Positions 11,444 through 23,030 of a stretch of 64,000 nt of DNA are shown piece after piece. Made by a program: the position numbers and the translations under genes. The stretch lies in the NCBI GenBank assembly GCA_946965045.2, contig OX337235.1:62001-126000 (forward strand), given 5' to 3'. Origin of the DNA: Epithemia pelagica. Its lineage: Eukaryota > Protista > Bacillariophyta. Every line of letters starts with the position of its first letter. The stretch's first letter is position 1. The notes below the pieces were generated by a model. It worked only from the letters and a program-made list of their open reading frames with translations, did not search any database and was not told the origin of the DNA.

Positions 11444-13159
11444 CTACACGACTTCGAAAATTCGAGTCTCCCCTCTTCGAAAAGTCTGCCCTCTACGTCG
11501 ATACTGAGGTGCGCCCACCACCACTGTCGAGCCATCTCTGGAAACATCCGTAGTCCAACTAAAGAACAAGAAAGGGCAAGGGAGCCAAGTTAGAACGCAA
11601 AGAAGGGAAAACCATGTACTCAAATAGCATGATCATAGGCACGTACCCAAGCCATTCTCCTTCCGAACTTCCAATGACATGTTCCACAACTTCCCATTGC
11701 AATGTCTTATCATTTTTCTTGTACACGGATGCTCGTCCGGCTTCTTTTTTGGTTTTGCTGGGGGAATAAAAGGGTGTCCCCACTACCAAAAGATTAGCAG
11801 CATTGGAGAGACTCACGGAATGTACCAATATCGGCGATCCAAAGGCATCGTCATCCGGCAAGTCAACAATGCTGGCTTGAGCACTGTTGTAACAAAATAT
11901 GTCCACCTTTTGTATCAGACCAACGACCCGACAATCACCATTCATGTTCAGAGCAGTGACACTCGGAATTGACCAGAATTGTGTCCATTCCTCGTTCTGA
12001 TCGTCATAAGAGACGAACCGAGCCCTTTGATCTGGTCCCACAAGGACCATCCGATCACGTGTATCCGATATCTCAACGGTCCTGTCGTACGACAGGCTAT
12101 TGCTGGAGCGTTCAACAGGCGGCAGGACGAAATCGCGAGCATCATTTTCCCACCTTTTCCAACGGTCGTCCCAATGATAGGTTTGAACAATACCTTCCCA
12201 AAAGTGGTCAAACACAAGGATGTTACCGTCACCCGAAATATCTAACGAGTCGACTTCATACTGCAGCATGTCCGAGTCGATCTGGTCTTGCACTTCAAAC
12301 TCCAATTCTTGATTTAGATTGGACAGATCCGACACAATGTCAAACACAAAGACTTCGGTGCGGCTGTTGACGGCCAGTCGTGTACCATCGCTCGTCATGG
12401 CAATATGATGTCCAAATCAATCTCTATCCAAAATCGTTATGGGTGGAAAGAGAACTTTTTCTTCTTGATACTGACCCGTGCTTGTACGACGAAAAAATTG
12501 GACCATCCTTCCTCGGGAGGCTACCACAATGAACCCATTGGCCGAGATGGCAACCTGGTGGTAGTATCCCATAGACTCATCCGTTGCACCCAAAAGTTCA
12601 AAATCTCCCACGGATTCCAAGGAATCCACCTCATTGGAAACGGTTGGTTGGGGATCGAAGCTTCCTCCCGGTGTGTTGTCATCCTTGTCGTCGCCGCCAC
12701 CATCATTACGCACTATGGCGAAAACCACGGCAATAATGACAGCAGGCACAATAAGCCCGAGAAAGTTTTTCAGATCAAACCTAATCTGTTTGCGATTGTT
12801 GTTGCTCGTGGTGTTGGTGGTGTTGGTGGTGTTGCTGGAGTTGTTGTCGTTGTTGCTGCTGCTGTGATTGTCGTTATGGACGTAAGCAGAAGGAGGAACG
12901 GGAGGAGGGAGATCTTGTCCATTCTGGTGACCTCCTGCGGGTGGCGACGATTCTTCCACGTTGCTGCTAGGAGCATCGTTGTTGTCATTGTTGTTCTATA
13001 CCGGTGCCATGTTCCCATCATCTTCGTCGCCACAGTCGCTTGGTTCGTAGGGCGCGGTGGGGTTCAGAACAATCTCTGGGTCCACTACAAGCTCGGCTGG
13101 TGCTACTTCCAGCTCTTCGTCGTTGTCGTTGGTGTTCATGACCGGAACGGCATGCACCA
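11444..13159 (-). pseudogene. Beta-propeller gene copy 2, main part; interrupted at about codon 15 by the 18.4-kb transposon
   Basis: Paralog of 8061-9804 with the same intron position and final exon (stop 11444-11446). In-frame stops TAG at 12996-12998 and TGA at 12417-12419 (DWFG becomes D*FG). Confidence 0.88.
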
Positions 13160-13174
13160 CATCTAAGGAAGGAA
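13160..13174 (+). repeat. Left terminal inverted repeat CATCTAAGGAAGGAA
   Basis: Read directly; pairs with 31588-31602. Confidence 0.92.
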
Positions 13175-13260
13175 CGGTACGCCAGTTTATGGCGGTTTAA
13201 TTATCGATAAGAAAGCACCCCTAAGCGCATCCTACTAGAATCATCCGCGCGCAGGACACG

Positions 13261-13487
13261 CGCACACCTACAAGAACATGCGCACACCTACAAGAACATG
13301 CGCACACCTACAAGAACATGCGCATGGCCCTTCCTCACGTTATTACTAAAAATGTGCTTTCCAGAACCAGCAAGCGCATGACCCACATTTCACCAACTTC
13401 AACACCATGCACAGTCAAGAACCAATAGTCATCACATCCCTCCACCTTCATGCACAGTCAAGAACCAACAGTCATCACATACCCTCC
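13261..13487. repeat. Left subterminal tandem repeats: 20-bp unit x3 (cgcacacctacaagaacatg, 13261-13324) and about 43-bp unit x2 (catgcacagtcaagaaccaa..., from 13406 and 13449)
   Basis: Read directly. Confidence 0.88.
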
Positions 13488-13687
13488 TATGTATGCACTC
13501 ATCCTTGATTGTGTCACATCACCATCATGCGCATTACTCCAGCATCAAGTGCAAGCAAGTTGAACACAGTGCATTTAACTAACACCATGCACACACTCCC
13601 ACTAACAACCAGCGAATGAATGGAACACAATACATGTAGCTATATAGGAGTAGTATATGAAATGAAACCAATTGTCACTCTGATCAA

Positions 13688-15680
13688 TCACTGCCACGAC
13701 CGTTTTCGTGGCCTTTTAGAAGGCCTTGTCACAGCATCATCATCTGCATACCCCATTCGAGAGCGATATTGCCCATTGAGAAACATCATGAACCAGATAC
13801 CGCGGTCGCCTGCTCTGTCTTCACGAGCGATTTTCTCTTCCATATCCTCAAAATAGTCCATACCATCCTCATTCATACATCGACTTGAGTTCCAACTGCC
13901 TGAATATTTGAAGCGAGGATACCTTGCTGAGGATGTATCAATCATTTGATCAACACCATTTTCATTGTACCACCTTGGATTTAATTCAAATAGTTTCGCC
14001 TTAAAAGTGGTCTTGCCCATGTGAGTCCACACATCCCAGCAATCCACAAGGATGGTCAATATGAATGCCTCGTCACTTGAAGTGAATAACTTCAAGGCCT
14101 TTTCGCAATGTTCCTTTCCCTGCTGCTCAGTGTGGTCACCAAAATTGAAATCAATCACGGTTTTATGCATATTCTCACCATAGACACATGGACCAAACAA
14201 TTGCAAGAGATATGAATAGGCATAGTTGTCACACTTCTCTCCTCTCAATAACAGAAATTCTTCCAGGGTAGGCATTGGCCCAAAGTCTTCACAGTCGTTC
14301 AAAAGGCATGGATACCTCCGCTGGAAATTACTGTCACGCCATAGATCAAGACCCACATGTTCTAGATTCAGCAACAAATTATCTCACATCTCTTTATGAG
14401 AAGACGACATGATGAACCAACACATTCACTCTTCGATTGACACTTACTTATAAATGCTTTTCGCATGGAAGCCAGAACATTTGATCGTTTGCTTCGGAAC
14501 TTGTCAAGCATATAAGGTGAATGTTCAATCCACCACTCCTCTTGTTGTTTTGCATCCGTAATGCCTTTGCCTTTGAAATAGTGCTCAGTAAAATATGTTT
14601 TGCCATACTTCCCCCAAAGACCATTCGGATCTGCCTTAGTATCTTCGGACATGGAGAAATACTTGACATAACGCCATGCCACCTTCCGAACAAATGTATC
14701 AAAGAACTTCTCCGATACCACCTCAGGCTTTTTCTTCGGCTTTTGCTTCTTATTCTTGTCCTTTTCGACAGAACCTTTGTGTGTAGTGGATGTTACAATC
14801 GTACTTGTCGGGCAAGATGATTGATTATGGTGTACTGTTGTTGTCTGTGTTTCCTGTGCCAACTGATTTTGAATATCGTCTTGTAGAAGAGTTTCCATCG
14901 CCTGATCAGGCCCTGTTGTTAGCAAAGTAGATGATGAAGATGACGACATATCCGAAAGGGAAGAAACGTCGTTAGCAAAGGTATCACCTGATGCATTCAA
15001 CCCACAAACACCCCCGTCATTAGAGCCGTCTCACCGACAAATTGTCCTCCTCTATTTTGTGCATCTAACAACTTACTGACAAGTCCTCCAGCAGGAAAAT
15101 GTCTCTCATTAGGATCAAAATCATCTCCATCATACTCACTGGGTCCATTGCTCATATTCTGCAATGCTCGTTGCATTTCAGGTCCAGTGAGAATATTTAC
15201 ACTGACGTCGTCCTCCTCCATGTTATTAACTGCCGTGTTTGTTGGTTGCGCAAAACCAGATGATGGTTGTGTTCTCAGCCCACCCTGTTCATTATTGCTA
15301 TCATCTGCTGAAGTCACATCGGCTCCATCTCTTTCTGAATTTGTTGCCTGCTCCAAAAGATTACCACTCCCTTCCACAGTTGTGCCTTCTTGTGCTTGTG
15401 CTTGATCGTTGTTCATCGAGATCTGTTCCTCTTCTTCCTCGTCATCAGAACTATCTTCTTGGAGTACTAAACCTCCATTGGCTGCTGCAATAAGAGCATC
15501 TTTGTTTGTAATTGTCCCGTCCTTGTTAGGAAGATTCTCTTTATTTCTTGTTGCCACTGCTGTCAAGATGCTTCTTCGTTGTCGTTCAACCTCTTTCTGA
15601 TTACTTCCATAGTTTGCATTTCGGACTGCTAAGGGTCGACGCCTCGTTGGAGCTGCATTTCTGGTGGTGACTCCTGCCAT
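13688..15680 (-). CDS. Transposon accessory protein ORF-A (605 aa, 3 exons), function unknown
   Basis: Three track ORFs join through phase-compatible GTAAGT...AG introns at 14988-15076 (89 nt) and 14362-14447 (86 nt); exon total 1818 nt. C-terminal motifs SSDEAFILTILVDCWDVW and KYSGSW...EDGMDYF; basic tail. Confidence 0.8.
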
Positions 15681-16244
15681 CGTTTATCTTGGATGCTCCG
15701 TCTGATTTATGACAAGGATGTGAACAAGAGCAGGGTGAAAACAAGACCTCTGATGGACAACCATTCAAATTCAAACGCTGGAATGCTCCATGTTTGAATC
15801 ATAAACTCCGTGTTTCAACGATGGTTCTTTAGAGAACGTATGAAGATGAGCATATGTGGTTTCAAGTACATCATACTTGTCAGATGGAACATTGGTGCAT
15901 GGGTTTGAATGATTGTCATTTCCTTTCTAATGTCGACAGTGTCGGTATCCTCGGCATTGACACAGTATTTGAATTCCAATCGCTGCTATCACCGTTGGTA
16001 TCTAACCCGGCAGGCTGGATTGGATTAAGTAAATACACACGACCGTTTGAAAATATTATGATCCGTTCATGTACATAAGCGATTTTCAGTCGCTTTTATG
16101 CACCAACGTCGGCCGATCCACCCAATGCGGAGAAATTCTGATATATGCCACAAGATTGACCACCGATGTCTCAATTTGCAGAAATCGATTATAGAGCATT
16201 TTTCATTACAAACCAAAATCTAAAACCACCAGCATCGTACCATC

Positions 16245-19200
16245 ATGGGCCAGCGTCGTAAAGTAAAAAAGAAGTCGCGAAAGAGATGCTCAAATACAAG
16301 CCAACAAGAGGAGTCCTTCATATCCTTTCAAGTGTGTCGTTTCTGTCAATCACGTTTCGATGCAAGAGGAATCAGCCGTCACGAAACAGTTTGTGAATTG
16401 AAAATGAACACCCAAAGGAAATGGCCAAATGTTGGCGATGACAACAATGATTGTGCCAGTAATATGAATGCTGATCCAATGAATATTGATATCATGGACG
16501 ATGAAACCACTATTCCGCATGCTGACCCACCAAAAGCATACTATGTACCTGGTGATACAGATAATATTATTCTGCGCAACAGCAAGGAGTGCCCGGTTGA
16601 TTTTCCTGCGTTCCTCGATAGAGATGGGAAGCAATTGAAACTTCATAAACACGATGCAGCCTTGGTCTCACTTATGATGTTACTTCGGAGAGCTGGTTGC
16701 CCCAAATATTTGTACAATTCGATCCTGGCATGGTCGAGTGACACATACTCAAGATGCGGTCCTGGGTTCTTCCTGGACAACCATTCAAAGAGGAAAACGT
16801 TTATCAAAAAGTTTTCTACCAAAGGTTTCAATTATCCCAAGGCCAAATTTTTCCCGGTACCAATGGAATTCACCCAAAAACAGGGTGTGGTTGTACCAGA
16901 GAGTGAGAAATCAATAACAACACCAGTATTTGATTTGATCAGTCAACTACAGCGTGTATTACAAGATCCCGATGCAACCAAGAAAGAAAATACGATCCTC
17001 GATGATGACGATCCGTATCGTCCATATGTTCCAAACAAGCACATCCAAAATATACAAGACGGAGAAGTATTTCAGAAAACAGTGGAAAAATATAGAGATG
17101 ATCCAGATGCCTTCGTGGTTGGTCTTGTCTGTTATATGGACAAAACACATGCAACAGGGGATGGAAGATATACATCGGAGCCTGTTGTAATGGTGCCATC
17201 TTTTCTAACGGAAACACAAATGTGGAAAGCAAGGCGACAGATCATCCTTGGGACTATTACAGACATGGAAATCATCAGCGGCAAAACATATCCTCGATAA
17301 AGGGACTCCTTGCCGAAATTATCATGCTCAATTGACTAAGATCCTCGAAGGTCTTGTCAGTATCCAAAAACAGGAAGGTTTATGGATGAAACTACGTCTT
17401 CATGGGATTATCAAAGTTGTCCGTTTGATATTGCCAATGATTGTTGTCAAAGGAGACGGGAAGTCTCAGGATAACCTTGCAGGTCGGTATGCCTCGCATC
17501 ATCCAAGTGTTGGAAGACTATCATGGTGTTGCAACATTAAACCAAGGGATAGCAGATACCCATGGCATGAATGTTCTTATATCAATGCTGCAAGTACATA
17601 CAAAATGTGCTTGAATGCATTGGGTCTTAATGAAAATCGAGAAAAATTGACTGAACAGGATGTTGATTACCAAGAGAGAGACAATGATACATTTTCGACT
17701 TTGACTGTTCCTACCTGTTTGAGCACATCGCAAGTAAGTCAAGAAAATAGCAGAGATGGAGGGGTCAATACCCTTGTGTCAGCTGCAAAAACCCAATTGC
17801 ATGACATGGGACAATATGCAGTCGATCTTTGTTTTTCCAAGGTTTACCTGGGTGAAGGAACCAATTCTGAACATGGGATTTTCTCGGCCAGTAGTTGTGA
17901 TGTTCTTCATACATTGAAATCTGGGATAATGAGATACATCATGATTGACTTTTTCACGTTGATGACAAAAACTGAACGGGCCATGTTTGATTATGTCTAC
18001 AATTCAATCTTTCGGGCAAGTAGACAGACTGTATTCTCGTATTCATCGAAACTTGGATATCCCGGAACATCATTCTCGACCGGGATCAGTAACCTGTCAA
18101 AAGTAACTGCCAATGAGTGGGTTGGGATCATGTTTGCTTCAGCAGCTCTATGTGCCACTGCCAGAGGTCGCCTTATATTCGCGAAGAATATGGCAAAGAA
18201 ATGGAACAAGGTGGTTGCGGAATGGAAAAAACGACAAGCAAAGCAAACATCCAAAACCACCAACAAGACATGTCAAGCGGACTTGGATCAAGTGCAAGAG
18301 ACAAGTGAACCTATTGCTGACAATGAGGATGATACTCCACCAGATGAAGAGTACGAACGTACACGTCTTGATGATGATGATAGTGTTGACATTGATATCA
18401 CAGCTGAAACTGTTTTTGATGATGACCCAGTTGCTTACAGGTCTATCTGGGATGTTGACGAGCGGGAACCATACATAGACTTCCTGCATCTATTCGAGAC
18501 TCTTTTGTGTTTCAACAGCTGGATTCGTATGGATACATTCTGGGAAACAGACCCAGACTCACAAGAAGGACAAACAACAGCATCCAAGTCTCTCGAATCA
18601 GTGCGGATTTTGATGGATGGCATCAGGAGATATGCACCCAGGCTCGATAAAAAAGGCAAATTGATGTCCAACGGGTGGATGATACCAAAATTCCACAATC
18701 TCATACATATTATACAATAGATTCAGAATTTTGGACCAGCACGACTGCTTGATGTGGAGTCAGAGGAAAGTAATCATAAGGAAATTGTGAAATTGAATGC
18801 AAAAACGGTACAGAAACGTGGAAAAGGAATTTTTGAGTCGCAACTTGCAGAAAATATCTGGTGGATGCAAAGCTTGGAAATGCTGCAGGAAGCAACAGGT
18901 CTTGAAGAAGATCATGTCACCTTTCTCCAGGAAGGGAAGTCGCCTTATGAAATAAGGAGAAAAAAGGGATCCCAAAACCAACTCCCTACCACATCAACCT
19001 CGAATAGCCGTGGAACGGTCATAGTAGTATCCATGACCAGAGAAAAATGTTTGATTCCAGTACCTCACACGAACGTACATACTTCTGGTGATAATCAAGA
19101 CCAGTCATCAGATGAAATAGACAAGGATCTTCCGTCTCCATTGGGTATGTCGATTCAAGTTCCAGGCACGACCAGAAAAGAACAAGACGGATCAAACCGA

Positions 19201-20097
19201 AACCAGACGAGTAGTGTACACAGGCGATTGACAGCAGCACCACACGAGGAGGATGTGGTATCAGTGAATATCGAATTCCATTCCAAAACAAATCATGACA
19301 TGACATTGCCACAGTTTTGTAATCACTTCTTTCGATTACATTACAAACGCTTTTTTCATCATATAGACGGGATGAGTGATGATCCAACAAATGAGACTTC
19401 AACCACACTGGAATTGTTCGGGAGCACAGAACTTAAGTTCGAAGACCCCAGGATAGGAAATATACGGGCTCATCCGAATTATCAAAGCGAGGGGCCATGG
19501 AGAGATTGGGTGATGGCTAAAGTTCCAAAGAAAAAAAGGAAACCTCTTGATGAGGTATACAACCAACCTCTCGGAGAATTTGATACCATCCTATGTCAAA
19601 CGATATGCTTCATTCAAATACCCATTACTCGAACAGACCACATACAAATGCAACCATCACCGGTATGTCAACCTTCAACTTCACCCGAGATGACCCATGT
19701 CCTTCTCCGAACAACATATGTACGGAGTACAGCTGATATCGAGAAATCATCCGTTCTCTTTCAAAAATGGCGTAAGCGTTTTGACCTACATCGAATAGCT
19801 GAAATTGTCATGGTTCCACTCCGGAATATTGTTGAGGTTGTTGGTGTAGTGGATGAGAACCCAGAAATGATTCAAGACCGTGATTCTATCCCAACATATT
19901 TCCATTCTTCACTTGAAAAAGATTTACTCCAAGAAGACAGTCGTAATTTGAGAAACTTTAGTGACAATGTCTGGGCCGTACGCAACATCAAAGAATGGGC
20001 TTCCGAATTCAATGAAAGTGGCCGTGACAATCTCGAGAAACGCTGTAATGAAATGAAAGAAAGATTGAAACAATCCGTTAGCAATTCGACGTCATGA
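16245..20097 (+). pseudogene. Plavaka/CACTA(CMC)-like DDE transposase (about 1280 codons), disrupted
   Basis: N-terminal CxxC...H...C finger; CYMDKTH...EPVVM; RNYHAQLTKILEGL; VKGDGK...AGRY; WCCN; CDVLHTLKSG; PKFHNLIH...NFG...DVESEESNHK; HPNYQSEGPWRDWVM. Frameshift near 17268 and in-frame TAG at 18718-18720. Confidence 0.82.
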
Positions 20098-20292
20098 TCA
20101 TAATTTGCCTCTATGGGGGGTTGTCACATACCAGCACTCCCCTCCTAATCTCCCCCCCAACCGTACGCGAGCCGACCAATTCAACTCAGAGTGTCACACA
20201 CAAATTGGATGAAATAGTAGATACTTTCCATCGTTTTCCAAAAGTCATCCTCGGTCTTCAGTCAGTAAGGCTATTCTACTCCTCTTCAAACA

Positions 20293-21420
20293 ATGATCAA
20301 CCCATACAAATCGAGGAAGAAAACAGTTCCACCCTTGGTGGTCAAACCAAACTTTCCAGTCACAAAGATACCTCCATCTAATGAAGAAATGATGATCCAA
20401 CCATACGAGCTAGAGGAAATAGAGACCCCCATGGTCAAAACGCACTCTCCAACCCCGAAAACTTGCAACGGTGAACATGACAAGAAGCCACCGCCTGCGT
20501 CCAAATCAATAATCAAATGTCATCCACTTCCGTCTTCTAAGCTTGATACCAAGGAAGAAGAGGAGAAGAAACTTCCACCAATCAAGCGCCCATCGTATCA
20601 GTTGATCCCAAACCCATATAAGAAGAAGCTCAAGGTTGCCGATCCATCTACTATTCCAATCTTGCTATTACATGACTCTCCTCCAATGTGTAAACCAAGA
20701 GCAAACCGAGATAAGCTGCATCTCGAAGTTATTCGGTTCACTGAGCTTGTCAATAAAATCTATGGATCCAATGATGTTCCCCCAGAGCCAGTCTGTCCTT
20801 GGTGTTTTGTAACCGACAACCTTTCAACAGATCGTAGACTTACAGGAAAATGTTGGCATCGCTTCGGTAAATCTCTCTCATGTGCCGATTGTTGTTATGG
20901 TTGTGGAGTGCCCATGAACGGATGTGATTCAGGTGGGAATGAACGTTGTTGCACCGAAGCCCTGTATATCCATGATTCGATGAATATCACACGCGAAGAA
21001 TCAGACATAAACAAGGTTCCATTGGTGTGTAAGTCTTGCTTAAGGCCATGTAATTCTTATTCAGAATGCGTCTTCTCGCATGGTTGTTGGAACTCTTGCA
21101 ACAAGTAGTTCGTCTGGCGATTCTGTCATATTGCTGGACGGGCGTTGGTGTACTCACAATTGAAGCCCAATTGCAAAGGACCAGGCACGATTCCCAAACA
21201 TGCACAGGATATTATCAAAAACGCAACAGAGTTGATGTACAACGAACTGCGAGATCCGATGGAGTCTTCTCAGTACACATCTCCATTTTGTCATGTTCTT
21301 GACCAAGACTCCTGGTCTAAATGGCTTGTCTCCATGTCTTTCGGTCGATACTACAATTACATGCCGTTCTTCCGTCATTGTTACACAGCCTTGATGTCTT
21401 CATCGAAACCATTGTATTAA
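20293..21420 (+). pseudogene. Cys-rich cargo gene 1 (about 375 codons, one in-frame TAG)
   Basis: Pro/Lys-rich N-terminus, then CPWC...CYGC...CKSC. The frame continues past TAG 21106-21108 (NK*FVWRFC) to WSKWLVSM...NYMPFFRHCY, matching the paralog at 21482-22549. Confidence 0.7.
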
Positions 21421-21481
21421 ACAAACTCTCGACTTCTTCGAAAGGCAAACTGGGAACAGATAACAAGATTTATAATATATG

Positions 21482-22549
21482 TCAATGATCATTACCATCC
21501 ATATTTTCACGTTCCAACTCCGCCGTCTCAGCCATTCTTTCGAGACAATTACGGAAGCACCTGACAAAGAGTGGCATGTAGTTGCGAAAACCAGCTGTAG
21601 AATGAGGCAACGAAAGCAACCATACTGCCCATGTTTTATCAGATGCTCGGGCATAATCGTATGGGGCACAATCGTTATCATCAAAATAGAAACGGGATCG
21701 CAATTCCTCAAGCCAAACGCTGCGGACAATAGTAAACATTGGCCAGGTGATTTGACGGGGAAAGTTCACACCATCGTAAAATGATGTTATTTGAAAAGTA
21801 CGCGCCACAATATGGCGTATGAGCATACAGAACTGCCACACGAAGTGCTTGTTCTCAGATTCCACACAGACACTGCATGAATCCAAATCTGGTTGTGGAA
21901 TCCCAAAAGGTATTGAGCGTTCGGGAATTCGGAAACATTCCCTACACACCTGACAATGAAATGTTGGATGCCTGTGGCGGTGACATAAGTTACAACGCAT
22001 CAAAAAATTCTGCTGCCAGATAACTGAATAATCGAGATATGCCGCACGTGTTACCACTGTAGTATTTCCATGATTGCACTGGTGATGTGGTGTGGGACGA
22101 CCAAGGATAACACAGTATGGACAGAGTTTCTCACCTCTAAGCATTTCGTCCACCAACCGTTTGAATTCAGTCTGGATTTCATGACCGACACGCATCTCTT
22201 CTCTGAGTTGTTCTATGACTTGTGGTACATCTTCTTCTTCATTATCGTAATCAAAAAAGATCCTCCCAGCGTCCCTGAAACAAGGCCGATCATTCACTTC
22301 CAAGTTCCTGTCGTTGATCGCCCGCATTTCTCGTCGTCGTCTACGTTCCCGAACATAAAAATCTTCTTCCTCCGATTCTTCTTCCTCCGATTCATCTCCC
22401 GATTCATCCTCCGGTTGGTCCTCTGGATTGTCAGCCATTCTGTTTGCAGTCTCCTTCTCTTCGTTTTGCTGTGAATGCAAATACCTGTACTTGTTGCTTC
22501 TTCTTTGGATTTTTATGAAACCTCTGCTGTCATATGAACGAGAGTTCAA
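21482..22549 (-). CDS. Cys-rich cargo gene 2 (355 aa), paralog of 20293-21420
   Basis: Acidic N-terminus, CPYC...CNLC...CQVC...CSVC, then NKHFVWQFC and WAVWLLSL...NYMPLFVRCF. Confidence 0.75.
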   Translation of the reverse strand: MNSRSYDSRGFIKIQRRSNKYRYLHSQQNEEKETANRMADNPEDQPEDESGDESEEEESEEEDFYVRERRRRREMRAINDRNLEVNDRPCFRDAGRIFFDYDNEEEDVPQVIEQLREEMRVGHEIQTEFKRLVDEMLRGEKLCPYCVILGRPTPHHQCNHGNTTVVTRAAYLDYSVIWQQNFLMRCNLCHRHRHPTFHCQVCRECFRIPERSIPFGIPQPDLDSCSVCVESENKHFVWQFCMLIRHIVARTFQITSFYDGVNFPRQITWPMFTIVRSVWLEELRSRFYFDDNDCAPYDYARASDKTWAVWLLSLPHSTAGFRNYMPLFVRCFRNCLERMAETAELERENMDGNDH

Positions 22550-22689
22550 CTGGAAATAGATCCACGGATAACCGATCGGTCGCGTTTGTGTACAGAAATC
22601 GTCACACTATACTATTCACTGTGAGTATTACCACATACTGTGAGGATAAGTGTAATCATTCCCAACATGGTCGCGTTTCACTCGCTGGG

Positions 22690-22975
22690 CTGACCTATCG
22701 GTGTGGCTTTGCAAAATTCCATGGACATGGAACAATGACATGCTTCTAGAACTCGAATGGCTCCAAATTTTCGTATAGACCATTTGGGTATCATTTGCAT
22801 GGACGGTAAAGGCTCTGAATTTGTCTATCATCAACCAAAAGACTTGCAATAGACCCTACCGGTGTGGTGTTGCCGTCGTCCCAAAATTCTATGGACATGG
22901 AGCAAAGACATTCTTCTAGAAATCGAATGGCTCCAAATTTTCTAGAGACCCTTGGGGTATCATAGGCATTGATTG
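22690..22975. repeat. Degenerate tandem duplication (about 165-bp period) inside the transposon
   Basis: cctatcggtgtgg...atggacatggaacaatgacatgcttctagaactcgaatggctccaaatttt recurs as cctaccggtgtgg...atggacatggagcaaagacattcttctagaaatcgaatggctccaaatttt. Confidence 0.8.
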
Positions 22976-23030
22976 ATGGTAGGTAGTGGTTTTGCTGATA
23001 GGTGGGCATGGTCTTGTATATTAGAAATCT

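Noticed and set aside
12405-13166. 253-aa + strand ORF
   Set aside because: Antisense of the beta-propeller pseudogene.
18718-21108. TAG reassignment or programmed readthrough explaining two in-frame TAGs in the element
   Set aside because: TAG is used as a normal stop in intact genes in this window (e.g. the LHC and beta-propeller copies 1 and 3), and the transposase also has a frameshift; ordinary decay is simpler.
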